NCBI GenBank assembly: GCA_032123335.1
Contig: JAQBFN010000026.1
Coordinates: 1-27,440 of the forward strand
Source: Candidatus Micrarchaeota archaeon
GTDB taxonomy: Archaea; Micrarchaeota; Micrarchaeia; Anstonellales; Bilamarchaeaceae
DNA: 27,440 nucleotides
Reading direction: 5' to 3'
The notes under the pieces were generated by a model that was not told the DNA's origin, made no database searches, and saw only the letters and a list, made by a program, of their open reading frames with translations. The translations under genes were made by a program, and so were the position numbers. This document shows positions 18,630-27,440 of the stretch, in pieces (the first letter of the stretch is position 1; each line of letters starts with the position of its first letter).

Positions 18630-18694
18630 AAATCGCACCCTTCTAAAGATAAAAAACAGTAAAGATTTATAACTCTTCCAACATAATTCTGTAT

Positions 18695-19366
18695 ATGGAC
18701 CTCCCCTCCATCGTGCGAAAGCCCAGCTGGAAGCAGCTCCTTATAGACCTAGTGATAAGTGAGAAGCTGGACCCCTGGGACATTGAAATCGTGGCGGTGG
18801 CGGACGGGTTCATGAAAATGGTAAAGGAGATGAAGAAATTTGATTTCCATATTCCTGCAAACATAATTCTTGCTTCTGCAATCCTCCTCAAATACAAGAG
18901 CAACGCGCTCAGGTTGTACGAGGAGCCGGAGGAGATTGAGATGCCTCCAGAGCCCATTGCATTTGAAGGTGAAATCCCTGCACTACAGATAAAGGCGAGA
19001 ATCCCCCCAAAGGCACCAATTACCCTCAAGGAGCTCATAGGGGAAATGGAGCGCGTAATCAAGTACGATGATGAGGAGAACATACGGAAGCCGAAAATAA
19101 AGACAAGGGAAATAATGGAGATGCCCATTCAGGAGTATGATATTGAGAAGGAAATGGAGAAGCTATATTCCAGGATGAAGGCGCAGATGGACGGGGAAAA
19201 CCTGGTGCTATTCTCAACCCTTGTAAAGCAGAAAACCCCCAAGGAAACAATACTCACGCTCTCGCCGCTGCTGCATCTTGCGCAGGAAAAGGCAGTCGGG
19301 CTCAAGCAGGACCAGTTCTGGGGAGAAATCTTCATAAAGGTGAACGGATGGAACCCAAGCGCCTGA
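18695..19366 (+). CDS. scpA: Segregation and condensation protein A (kleisin)
   Basis: LDPWDIEI, ANIILASAILLKYKS, PITLKELIGEM and LLHLAQEKAVGLKQDQFWGEIFI. Confidence 0.92.
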   Translation: MDLPSIVRKPSWKQLLIDLVISEKLDPWDIEIVAVADGFMKMVKEMKKFDFHIPANIILASAILLKYKSNALRLYEEPEEIEMPPEPIAFEGEIPALQIKARIPPKAPITLKELIGEMERVIKYDDEENIRKPKIKTREIMEMPIQEYDIEKEMEKLYSRMKAQMDGENLVLFSTLVKQKTPKETILTLSPLLHLAQEKAVGLKQDQFWGEIFIKVNGWNPSA

Positions 19367-19911
19367 TAGAAGCGGCACTATTCATGAGCGGGAGGGAACT
19401 TTCAGTCCCTGAGCTCAAGAAACTTACCGGGATAGCTTCAGCAGGCCATATCCGGGGGATGATTGAAGAGCTCCAGGAAGTTTATGATAAAAACGGAAGC
19501 TCCCTGGAAATCTCTGAGGTGGACGGAGCTTACCTTATGCGCGTCAAGGATGATTATGTTGATTTCGTGAAGCAGTTTGCGCAGTCCGCAACCATAAGCA
19601 AGTCCGCATTGCGCACCCTCTCATATGTTGCGAAGCACAACGGAATCCTCAAATCTGAAGTTGTGAAGCGCATAGGAACTATGATTTACGATGATGTGAG
19701 GGAATTGGTTGAGAATGGATTCATCCTCCAGAGGAAATACGGGAGGAGCTCCAAGCTTTTCCTTACTGATAAATTCAGGGCATATTTTGAGCCGGGGAAG
19801 GCACCTGCAAAAGAAGAGCCGGTGAAGAAAGAGGATTCTAAAGAGGTTCCTGCAATGAATGCGGAATCTTTTTCTGATATGGAAGAAGGCGAGGAAAGCT
19901 TCTCAGAGTGA
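19348..19911 (+). CDS. scpB: Segregation and condensation protein B
   Basis: IEAALFMSG, ISKSALRTLSYVA and LTDKFRAYF; overlaps the scpA 3' end. Confidence 0.93.
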   Translation: MEPKRLIEAALFMSGRELSVPELKKLTGIASAGHIRGMIEELQEVYDKNGSSLEISEVDGAYLMRVKDDYVDFVKQFAQSATISKSALRTLSYVAKHNGILKSEVVKRIGTMIYDDVRELVENGFILQRKYGRSSKLFLTDKFRAYFEPGKAPAKEEPVKKEDSKEVPAMNAESFSDMEEGEESFSE

Positions 19912-20445
19912 GCTAAGCATTTCTTCTATTTTTTTGTGCAGTTCTCCAATCGTCCCGTTGTTTTCCAGCTTTAGGTCTGCAATTTCAAATGCTTCCACCA
20001 GGCTCTGCTTGGTCCTGTCCTCATTTTTCATCTCCTTTGCTTCGAGAACCTGGAATTCATCAAAAGTTTGCGGGTCGCTTTCCCTTCCCCGGGCCTTCAT
20101 GCGCTCAAACCTTGTTTCCGGAGGTGCACACACATAAACAAGAGTGGAATTCGGGAAGGACTTGATTTCCTGCGCTTCTGCAGCATTCCGGATTGAATCT
20201 ATGATATAATTCCTGTCTTTTTCGAGTTTCTCAACTGTTTTTTTTGCGAGTGCGGCAGGCCCATGCTCTGCACGGAGTGAATTTCCCTTCTCAATTAGAT
20301 TTTCTCGGGTGATTTCCTTGCCTTCTGCAGCAAGCTCCTCGCGAAGTACATCAGAAAGGGAACGGTAAATGAATCCTTTGGATTTGAGGTATTCTGCAGC
20401 TGTTCCCTTGCCTGCGCAATTCTCTCCAGTCAATCCGATAATCAT
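19903..20445 (-). CDS. P-loop nucleotide kinase (archaeal dephospho-CoA kinase-like)
   Basis: MIIGLTGENCAGKGT, SLSDVLRE, IDSIRN, APPETRFERMKARGRESDP and ADLKLENNGT. Confidence 0.85.
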   Translation of the reverse strand: MIIGLTGENCAGKGTAAEYLKSKGFIYRSLSDVLREELAAEGKEITRENLIEKGNSLRAEHGPAALAKKTVEKLEKDRNYIIDSIRNAAEAQEIKSFPNSTLVYVCAPPETRFERMKARGRESDPQTFDEFQVLEAKEMKNEDRTKQSLVEAFEIADLKLENNGTIGELHKKIEEMLSSL

Positions 20446-20795
20446 TAGCCCCACCCTAGGGCTAGGTATTGGGCTTAATGCTTTAAAAATGCTGTTTTTG
20501 CAACGTTGTTTTTAAGCAAAATTGTCGTTTTTTTCACTTCGGTATATAGACGTTGGAATTTTTCAGAATAGGAAATGAAGGTATTTATCTTGTTTCTCCC
20601 AGAAAACAACAGGTAACGCCGTGATGGCATGGACCATTAATTTTCGGCCGGCCCGCATGGGTTTGCTGAAGGCGGGGCCGGAGGTCAGAGAATGGCCAAG
20701 AAAAAACCAAAACCAAAAAAGTAGGAGCAACACAATCATGGCGGGGCCATCTGGCCCTGTTCTTATTTTTAACATCTTTGTCGGGCAGTTCTGTT

Positions 20796-20813
20796 ATGTA
20801 ACCATGGTTACAT
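20796..20813. promoter_or_regulatory. Perfect 18-bp palindrome ATGTAACCATGGTTACAT (candidate operator)
   Basis: Exact inverted repeat, about 15-20 bp from an AT-rich TATA-like element (TTTAATATATAAAG) upstream of hisS. Confidence 0.55.
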
Positions 20814-20881
20814 TTCAATCCGATTCCCTTTAATATATAAAGCTTCCCTTTGTTTTTGATAGCAGCTAGAGGTAATGCTCT

Positions 20882-22099
20882 ATGAAGCGTTCGAAAGGAA
20901 TGAGGGACTTCCTTCCCCCGCAGATGATGCAGAGGGAGAAGGCCTTCGCAACAATAGCAGAAACATACAGGGAATTCGGCTTCCAGCCCCTGGAAACCCC
21001 TGCCCTAGAGTATCTCAGCACCCTCAAGGCAAAATCAGGGGATGAAATAGCCGGGCAGCTGTTCGAAATCTCCAACTCAGACTTAGCAATGCGCTTCGAC
21101 CTCACAGTCCCATTCTCCAGAGTAGCCGCAAACACCTCCTTCCCCAAACCCTTCAAGCGATACCAAATAGGTCCGGTCTGGAGGCGGGAAGAGCCCCAGA
21201 AAGGCAGGTTCCGGGAATTCTGGCAGGCAGATGCGGACATCGTAGGTTCCGCCTCCATGCGTGCAGAAGCCGAGCTCCTGGAAATGGCATCCATTTCCCT
21301 CACCCGCCTTGGCATAAAGGATTTTACAGTCCTCCTGAACAACCGCAAGATACTCAATTCACTCCTGGAATATTTCGGAATTTCTGGAAAGCGCAACGAA
21401 ATCTTCCGCATTCTGGATAAAATAGACAAAATCGGATACAAATCCGTATACACAACCCTCAAGCCCATGTTCGGGGAATACGCAGACCAAATTCTGCCAA
21501 TCTTCAACATGAAAGGCACAAACAATGAAAAGCTGGATGCGCTGGAAAAATATGCACCAGAAGGCGTAGCTGAAGTGCGCGAGCTCCAGAAACTTTTCCC
21601 CAAATTCACATTCGATCCATCCTTAGTGCGCGGCCTTGGCTACTATTCCGGAACAGTGTATGAGTTTAAGGGAACCGGGGAGTACAAGGGAAGCTTTGCA
21701 GGCGGAGGACGCTATGATGGCCTCCTTGAGCTATATGGACAGGGCGCACCCGCAGTAGGAGTAAGCCTGGGAATCGAGCGCATCCTTCTCCTGCTTGGGG
21801 AAGAAAAAGAAAAGAAAACCTACACCCAGGTTTTCGTTGCAACCCTCCCAGAATTCTACAAGGAAGGCTTGCAAACCGCAAAAACCCTAAGAAAGAAGGG
21901 CATCGCAGCAGAAACCGACCTAATTGGAAGAAACATCAAGAAGCAATTCGATTATGCGCGTGCCCTCATAATCCCCTGGGTAATTATACTCGGTCAAAAG
22001 GAAGCGGAAAGCAAGAAAGTAACGCTCCGCAACATGAAAACCGGAAAGGAAGAAACTACAACACTTCCAAAAGCAATAAGCAAAATAACGGGTAAATAA
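20882..22099 (+). CDS. hisS: Histidine--tRNA ligase
   Basis: KGMRDFLP, MRFDLTVPF, RREEPQKGRFREFWQADADI, LVRGLGYYSG, GGGRYDGL, GVSLGIER and an anticodon-binding domain. Confidence 0.97.
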   Translation: MKRSKGMRDFLPPQMMQREKAFATIAETYREFGFQPLETPALEYLSTLKAKSGDEIAGQLFEISNSDLAMRFDLTVPFSRVAANTSFPKPFKRYQIGPVWRREEPQKGRFREFWQADADIVGSASMRAEAELLEMASISLTRLGIKDFTVLLNNRKILNSLLEYFGISGKRNEIFRILDKIDKIGYKSVYTTLKPMFGEYADQILPIFNMKGTNNEKLDALEKYAPEGVAEVRELQKLFPKFTFDPSLVRGLGYYSGTVYEFKGTGEYKGSFAGGGRYDGLLELYGQGAPAVGVSLGIERILLLLGEEKEKKTYTQVFVATLPEFYKEGLQTAKTLRKKGIAAETDLIGRNIKKQFDYARALIIPWVIILGQKEAESKKVTLRNMKTGKEETTTLPKAISKITGK

Positions 22100-22101
22100 A
22101 C

Positions 22102-23439
22102 ATGCCAAAAAGGATACTGAAAGGGCTCGGAAAAATGCAGAAGGCAGTACTGCAGCCACTGTTCTACTACTCAATCATAGCCCTATTCCTAATCCTCTTT
22201 ATATCCGTAATCCGCACAAGCATATTCCCAGGGGAAGCAGGGGAAGAGCATCTCATCTTTGAAATGATGTTCCTGATTCTGCTTGCAATTCTCGCATACA
22301 GTATCGTAAAATTCCTCAAGCAGCCCACCGTACTCATCCTCATGCTATTAGGGGTAATTATGGGCCCATCTTTCCTTCACTTGATCTGGCCCAGCCTAAC
22401 AGCGCTTCCTTTCCTTCCGCACGAGCCACCGGAGATTTTCCAGCACATGGAACTTGTGGAAATATTCGCGCAGTTTGGTGCAATCATCCTGATGTTCAAG
22501 GTGGGCCTTGAATCCAGCATCAACAAGATATTCACAAAAGAGAATTTCATAGTTGCAATATTAGGAATCCTTTTCCCGTTTATTGCGGGCTATTTCTTTG
22601 CAGTATACACAGGAGGCGCATTCCTTTACGCATTGTTTATGGGTGCAGCCCTCACCGCAACAAGTGTGGGCGTAACCGCAGCCATCCTCAAGGAAATGAA
22701 GCTCATGGATGAAAAGTTTGCCCAGATGATTATGGGCGCTGCAATCATCGATGACATACTTTCCCTCCTCATCCTCTCCCTTGTAATAAACATCCCGACT
22801 TCCCTGGATGCGGCAGCCCTTGAGCCTTTCATCACAGTCCTTGTCTACGCATTCATCTTCCTGCTTGGAGGCTCTATAGTAGGCAAATATTTTGTGGATA
22901 AGAAGGTAAATGTTCTCAAAATAAAGGAAAAAACCCTCCTTTACGTACTCGCATTCGTATTCCTTTATGCATACATTGCGGAATTCATCGGCCTTTCAAG
23001 CATCGTAGGCGCGTTTCTTGCAGGAGTGCTCCTCAACTACAGCCAGCATGCAGAAGAGATAGACAGGCGCACCCGCTCCCTGGAACTCATCTTCATCCCG
23101 GTGTTCTTCATTTCCCTGGGAATGCTTGTGGACGTGGGCTCGGTAATCCAGTTCTTCTGGCCCATAATCATCATCTCAGTAATTGCAGTTCTCACAAAGC
23201 TGGTTGGGTGCGGCCTGGGTGCACATATCTCCAAGCTCAATGCAAGGGATTCCGTGCTTGTGGGGTTCGGAATGTCCCCGCGCGGAGAAGTCGCACTCAT
23301 TATCGCGGTATTCGGGCTTAGCAGCGGAGCACTCTCAATTCCTGAATACTCAATAATTTCAGCAATGGCATTCATCACCACAGTAATCGTTCCGCCCATA
23401 TTCCAGAGGATTATTCCCAAAGGAGGTGTTTCCGCATGA
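22102..23439 (+). CDS. Cation:proton antiporter (CPA2/NapA-like)
   Basis: LMFKVGLE, ALTATSVG, GAAIIDD, VGAFLAG, PVFFISLG and GMSPRGEVALI; many TM helices. Confidence 0.93.
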   Translation: MPKRILKGLGKMQKAVLQPLFYYSIIALFLILFISVIRTSIFPGEAGEEHLIFEMMFLILLAILAYSIVKFLKQPTVLILMLLGVIMGPSFLHLIWPSLTALPFLPHEPPEIFQHMELVEIFAQFGAIILMFKVGLESSINKIFTKENFIVAILGILFPFIAGYFFAVYTGGAFLYALFMGAALTATSVGVTAAILKEMKLMDEKFAQMIMGAAIIDDILSLLILSLVINIPTSLDAAALEPFITVLVYAFIFLLGGSIVGKYFVDKKVNVLKIKEKTLLYVLAFVFLYAYIAEFIGLSSIVGAFLAGVLLNYSQHAEEIDRRTRSLELIFIPVFFISLGMLVDVGSVIQFFWPIIIISVIAVLTKLVGCGLGAHISKLNARDSVLVGFGMSPRGEVALIIAVFGLSSGALSIPEYSIISAMAFITTVIVPPIFQRIIPKGGVSA

Positions 23440-23957
23440 CCATGGAAGTACCCATTATCTACCTGAAGGGAAAGAAGGCATACACCAAGCGCCTCGGCAC
23501 CCTCAAGCCCATGGGAAGCGCAATTAAAATCGCAAAACGGCTTCGCGAGCGCCTCGGCATCGAACTTGTCCACATAGTGGACCTGGATGCACTCAATGGA
23601 AAGAAAACCAACTTTGATATCTACGATCACCTCACCTTCATCATGTATGTGCAGGTGGAGGTAAGGCCCGACCCAGAACTAATCAAGCGCCTCCTGAAGA
23701 TTGACGCCAGGGTAGTAGTGGACCTTCCCGCCAAGCTTGATCTCAAGCAGTTCGAGGAAAAGAAGCGCCTGATAGTAGGAAAAATAACCCCCAGATTCAA
23801 GGGCTCCCTGGATGATGTATTTGATGTTTACCTGGACGGGGAATCTCCTTCCAAGGTCCAGGAACTACTCAAGAAGAAAAGGCGCGTTTTCGTAAACACG
23901 GACCAGAACAAGAAAAGCACAAAAGTTTTCGGCAGGATAGGCCCGCCTGAGCTCTGA
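23436..23957 (+). CDS. Short HisA/HisF-related protein
   Basis: VPIIYLKGKKA...VHIVDLDALNG...NFDI resembles the N-terminal HisA/HisF barrel. Only 173 aa; ATGA overlap with the antiporter stop. Confidence 0.65.
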   Translation: MTMEVPIIYLKGKKAYTKRLGTLKPMGSAIKIAKRLRERLGIELVHIVDLDALNGKKTNFDIYDHLTFIMYVQVEVRPDPELIKRLLKIDARVVVDLPAKLDLKQFEEKKRLIVGKITPRFKGSLDDVFDVYLDGESPSKVQELLKKKRRVFVNTDQNKKSTKVFGRIGPPEL

Positions 23958-24039
23958 AGCGCCATCCTGATACCTTTATAAATAATCCTACACATATTTT
24001 TTTAGTTAAATAAACAACTGTACCGAGAGGGAGATTCAC

Positions 24040-24564
24040 ATGGCAATTAGACCCGCTAGATGCGTAAGAGACGGCAACAAAGTTGCATGGACAAGGTTTT
24101 CAAAGAGAAGGCCAAGGAAGTCATACATAAAGACAATGCCGCACAAGGAGCTGAACCAGCACAGGATGGGCACTGACAAGGATGATTATGATGCAGTTTA
24201 CCATCTTGCACTGAAAGACGACATTCTTATACTGAGGGACAATGCAATCGAGGCAGCAAGGCAGTCCACAAACAAGGTGCTGGAAACCAAGATGCCTGGA
24301 AACTACTATTTCATTGTAAGAGTTTACCCCCACCACATCATCCGCGAAAACAAGATGGTTTCAGGTGCGGGTGCAGACCGTATCCAGAAAGGAATGAGAA
24401 AGGCTTTTGGGAAGCCCATGGACAGGGCCGCAAGGCTCAAGAAAAACCAGGCTCTCTTCACTGTCCGCGTTTACGGCGGGAAGACCAATGAATCTGCGGT
24501 AAGGGAAGCATTCAGGAGGGCAAGGATGAAGCTCTCTGGAGCATTTTCCATGGTAGCCGAATGA
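24040..24564 (+). CDS. rpl10e: 50S ribosomal protein uL16 (L10e)
   Basis: RPARC, AIEAAR, RVYPHHIIRENK, GAGADRIQKGMRKAFGKP and EAFRRARMKL. Confidence 0.97.
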   Translation: MAIRPARCVRDGNKVAWTRFSKRRPRKSYIKTMPHKELNQHRMGTDKDDYDAVYHLALKDDILILRDNAIEAARQSTNKVLETKMPGNYYFIVRVYPHHIIRENKMVSGAGADRIQKGMRKAFGKPMDRAARLKKNQALFTVRVYGGKTNESAVREAFRRARMKLSGAFSMVAE

Positions 24565-24573
24565 GGTGTATGT

Positions 24574-26304
24574 TTGATAGGTGTTGATGAGGAAGACTTT
24601 CTTATTGCAACGGACATAGACAAACTCATTGACATACTTTCTACAAGAAAAGAAGTGGAAGTTGGAAAACTTTCAAAAGAACTGAGAATGAACCGCAAGG
24701 AAGTGGAAAAATGGCTCCACATCCTGGAGGAAGAAGGCGTTGTAACCCTTGTCCACAGGATGGGTTCGCTCCATGCCTCCTGGGTAATGGATGAATCCCC
24801 TGCCCCCAGGAAACCTAATTATTCCAAACCTCGAAGGGAAGAGCCCGAAGAAATCGAGCTTCAGATGACTGAAGAAGCGCCAGCAGATCTTGGAGAGCAA
24901 ATCGGGCAGGTCGCTTCCCTCCGCCCAAAGCAAAAATCAATTTTCTCAGGGATTCTTGGCAAGAACAAATCCAGGAAAACCTCAAAAAAAGGCAGGACGG
25001 AAGTCCCCCGGCTCACCATTGATGAGGAAGATGAGGTAGTGGTTGAAGAAACCCCTGCTCCCAGGCCGCCCAAGAGGGTTGAATCCCTTCCGCCCATGGC
25101 AGTAGTTACGGAGCCTTCCAAACCCATGAAAAAGAAGCTTGAGAAAAGCAAATACCTTAATCTCCCCCCAAAGCATACTGGCCAGTTAAGGGAACGCCTT
25201 GATGATTATCTCCACCTTATCCGTGAAGGAAAGGAGGAGATCAAAACCCTTGAAAGCGAGAAGGAGCGAGTCCACAGAGAAGGATTCCTCTCACTGGAAA
25301 AGGAATTCGAGGCGACTCTGGACAACCTTGAATACGCACTCCTGGAAAAGGAGAAGCGAATTCTTGAGGCAAAAGAGCGCATGGCCACCCTACCGGAAAA
25401 GATAGATGAGATAGACCAGATGCAGGAAGCGCTCAAAAAATTCGACACAGAAGCAGGCGCAGTGCTTTCCAAAACCAAGAAAGGCCTTGATGACGGATGG
25501 AGCAACCTCAGAGAAGCAAGCGAAGAGCTCAATGAGGAACTTTCAAAAGGTGAAGATGAGGTAATGCGCGACAGGAGCCGCATGATGCAGCTTCGCGACA
25601 TGCTCCAGTCCATGAACCACACAGAATCCCAGCTCAAGGAAACCCTTGAAGCGGGAAGAGCTGCACTGGATGACATGGAAGAAAAGGTCCGCACAGTGGA
25701 AGAATCATTGGATGACCTTGTTGATTCCCGCACAATCATCTCCGAGCGTGTTGAGCATATCCAGTCCACCCTGGAAAGGAGAATGCACAGCCTTGAAGAA
25801 CTCCGCGGGGAACTCGAAAAAATAGAAAAAATAGAATCATGGTTCAAAGACTACTCTGATGATTACCAGGGCAAGATGGACGAAATCCAGGAATATGTCC
25901 AGCAGAGCGAAGAGGAACTGGAGCGCATAAAGAAAGCAGCAGAAATCGACTACGTGCGCAAGTACCTGAAGGAGCTTGATGTTGCCGAAGGCAAGTACCG
26001 CGAGAACCTTGGCGCCCTTGAAATGGAGGACGCAGGCATCGATGAGAAGATTACTGATGTGCGCGACCGCATAAAGCAGCTGATGCGCGAAAGCTCAGAG
26101 CTGATGTCCAAGTACAGGCAGATGAGTGAAGAGGGCGAGGAATTCGAGGAAGTTGTTGCAACTGCAAAGGAAAAGAGCAGGAGGCACAAGGCTTCAGTTG
26201 AAGAAAAATCTTCCCAGCGCAAAAGGCTCATGGAGGATGCAAAGAAGCTTCAGCGCTCCCCAAAGAAATCTTCCAGGAAAAAACGCGGAAAAAAGAGAAA
26301 GTAG
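24574..26304 (+). CDS. Winged-helix N-terminus + long coiled-coil protein of unknown function
   Basis: N-terminal TDIDKLIDIL...LSKELRMNRKEVEKWLHILEEEGVV (wHTH-like), Pro/charged linker, ~350-aa E/K-rich helical region and basic tail. TTG start follows GAGGTG. Confidence 0.8.
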   Translation: MIGVDEEDFLIATDIDKLIDILSTRKEVEVGKLSKELRMNRKEVEKWLHILEEEGVVTLVHRMGSLHASWVMDESPAPRKPNYSKPRREEPEEIELQMTEEAPADLGEQIGQVASLRPKQKSIFSGILGKNKSRKTSKKGRTEVPRLTIDEEDEVVVEETPAPRPPKRVESLPPMAVVTEPSKPMKKKLEKSKYLNLPPKHTGQLRERLDDYLHLIREGKEEIKTLESEKERVHREGFLSLEKEFEATLDNLEYALLEKEKRILEAKERMATLPEKIDEIDQMQEALKKFDTEAGAVLSKTKKGLDDGWSNLREASEELNEELSKGEDEVMRDRSRMMQLRDMLQSMNHTESQLKETLEAGRAALDDMEEKVRTVEESLDDLVDSRTIISERVEHIQSTLERRMHSLEELRGELEKIEKIESWFKDYSDDYQGKMDEIQEYVQQSEEELERIKKAAEIDYVRKYLKELDVAEGKYRENLGALEMEDAGIDEKITDVRDRIKQLMRESSELMSKYRQMSEEGEEFEEVVATAKEKSRRHKASVEEKSSQRKRLMEDAKKLQRSPKKSSRKKRGKKRK

Positions 26305-27438
26305 CTAAACTTCTTTCATCATTTTGTCTAATTCGTCATCCGTTTTATTTTTCTTTCCAAATTTCCTTTTGAATATTATTGCTGCCTCTGCAATTGCTTC
26401 CAGCAGCACAATGTTGCTCATGAAGCAGATATTCATTATGTAAACTCCCGGAAGCGCAAGCAGGATTGGAAGGAACGAATAAACCAGGCCCTTGAAATAC
26501 ATCTCCCGCCGTTTGCTTTTCAACTCCATCTTCCAGTCCCTGAAACCCAGCTTCAGCAGATGTTTCAGGAAGTCTCTCTTTATCCTTCTCCCGAATGCAA
26601 AGAAGTTGAGGGTAGCCAGCAGCAGCGAGAAAACCCAAAGGTACACCGTATCCGGAGCCGGGATGCTGAACCACCCGAGCCAGAATGGGAACCTGCACAC
26701 TCCTTCAACAGGAATTGCGCCCGGCTCCCCAACATCTATTTCAGTATCCCCTATCAGGTATCCCGGTTTGCTTGCCATGATTACCTTTGTGCCGGGAGTC
26801 TTGAACGTATACCTCACCTGCCCATTCCCATCCGTGATGAACACGTTCCCCTCAATGGTTACTTCCGCACCCATGATCGGGTTTCCATCCTGATCCAAAA
26901 CAGCAATAGTAGTCTCCTCCCCCACCACCACATCTTCAGCAAGAATCTCAATAATTCCAATCTGGATAACATCAAACAGCTTCGCAACCTGCTGGTATTC
27001 TTCGGCATCCGCATAAACAAGCCCATCAACAGTAAACGGGAGTGATGCATATCCATGCTCATCCGCAACCGTATCTTCTTCACTTGTAAATACATCCGCA
27101 AACGGAACTTCTTCCCCCTTGTTGTTAATAATCTGGAAAAGCCCTTCTTCCCCAACAAACAGTTCCCCATCAATAAGTATAATCTCCAGTTCCTTGGGCA
27201 CACACTCCAGGCCTATGCAGAACTCATCTGTTTCACAATCCGAATCCGAACAGCACTCATAATGATTGCATGCATGGTTCTGCACAACCCCGCACGGGCA
27301 CACCACCTTTTCGCAGAACCCATTGGAACATTCCTCATCATCCGGGCAATCCGCATCTATTTCGCAAAGAACGCAAACCCCATTTTCGCACAATCCGCTC
27401 AGGCACTCGCAATCTATTCCGCATTCCTCTCCTGCCTC
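26305..27438 (-). CDS. Membrane-anchored surface protein with Cys-rich repeats and Ig-like domains (5'-partial)
   Basis: Frame is open to the window end. Repeated CxxDxDC...C...C units, two beta-rich domains (e.g. DQDGNPIMGAEVTI...TDGNG...ASKPGY) and C-terminal hydrophobic helices. Confidence 0.8.
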   Translation of the reverse strand, partial: EAGEECGIDCECLSGLCENGVCVLCEIDADCPDDEECSNGFCEKVVCPCGVVQNHACNHYECCSDSDCETDEFCIGLECVPKELEIILIDGELFVGEEGLFQIINNKGEEVPFADVFTSEEDTVADEHGYASLPFTVDGLVYADAEEYQQVAKLFDVIQIGIIEILAEDVVVGEETTIAVLDQDGNPIMGAEVTIEGNVFITDGNGQVRYTFKTPGTKVIMASKPGYLIGDTEIDVGEPGAIPVEGVCRFPFWLGWFSIPAPDTVYLWVFSLLLATLNFFAFGRRIKRDFLKHLLKLGFRDWKMELKSKRREMYFKGLVYSFLPILLALPGVYIMNICFMSNIVLLEAIAEAAIIFKRKFGKKNKTDDELDKMMKEV

Positions 27439-27440
27439 CT

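Noticed and set aside
20563..20833. Three 70-77-aa ORFs in the intergenic gap
   Set aside because: They overlap one another, have atypical composition and show no recognisable homology.
20446..20881. tRNA, SRP RNA, RNase P RNA, fluoride riboswitch, C/D-box sRNA or oriC
   Set aside because: No cloverleaf or diagnostic conserved motifs. GTGATGG...CTGA is only a weak C/D match, and there are no repeated ORB elements or adjacent cdc6.
24574..26304. SMC protein
   Set aside because: No Walker A/B or signature motif, no hinge, and too short.

Overview
This is archaeal chromosomal DNA. The gene content (RFC small subunit, KaiC/RAD55-like ATPase, archaeal-type IleRS/ValRS/HisRS, uL16/L10e, ScpA/ScpB, class III signal-peptide proteins, an N-terminal wHTH + coiled-coil protein) suggests a DPANN archaeon, plausibly Micrarchaeota; this assignment is inference. 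About 26 kb is dense housekeeping sequence. The first ~1.2 kb differs: it is visibly more AT-rich and carries the 3' part of a diversity-generating retroelement (DGR)-type reverse transcriptase. That gene has a GC-only hairpin and a G9 tract inside its reading frame, and is followed by a non-coding stretch with two mutually exclusive hairpins and phased TTTGTCG repeats that may mark the end of an integrated element. The DGR template repeat, avd gene and target gene are not visible in the window. Other points of interest are a ubiquitin-like domain lacking GG fused to an Ncs6/TtuA tRNA thiolase, a CBS + HPF-like candidate ribosome hibernation factor, a TPR-AAA+ ATPase, and a 430-bp structured intergenic region upstream of hisS with a 10-codon Lys/Pro mini-ORF, alternative stems and a perfect 18-bp palindrome. 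No rRNA, tRNA or CRISPR array was recognised.
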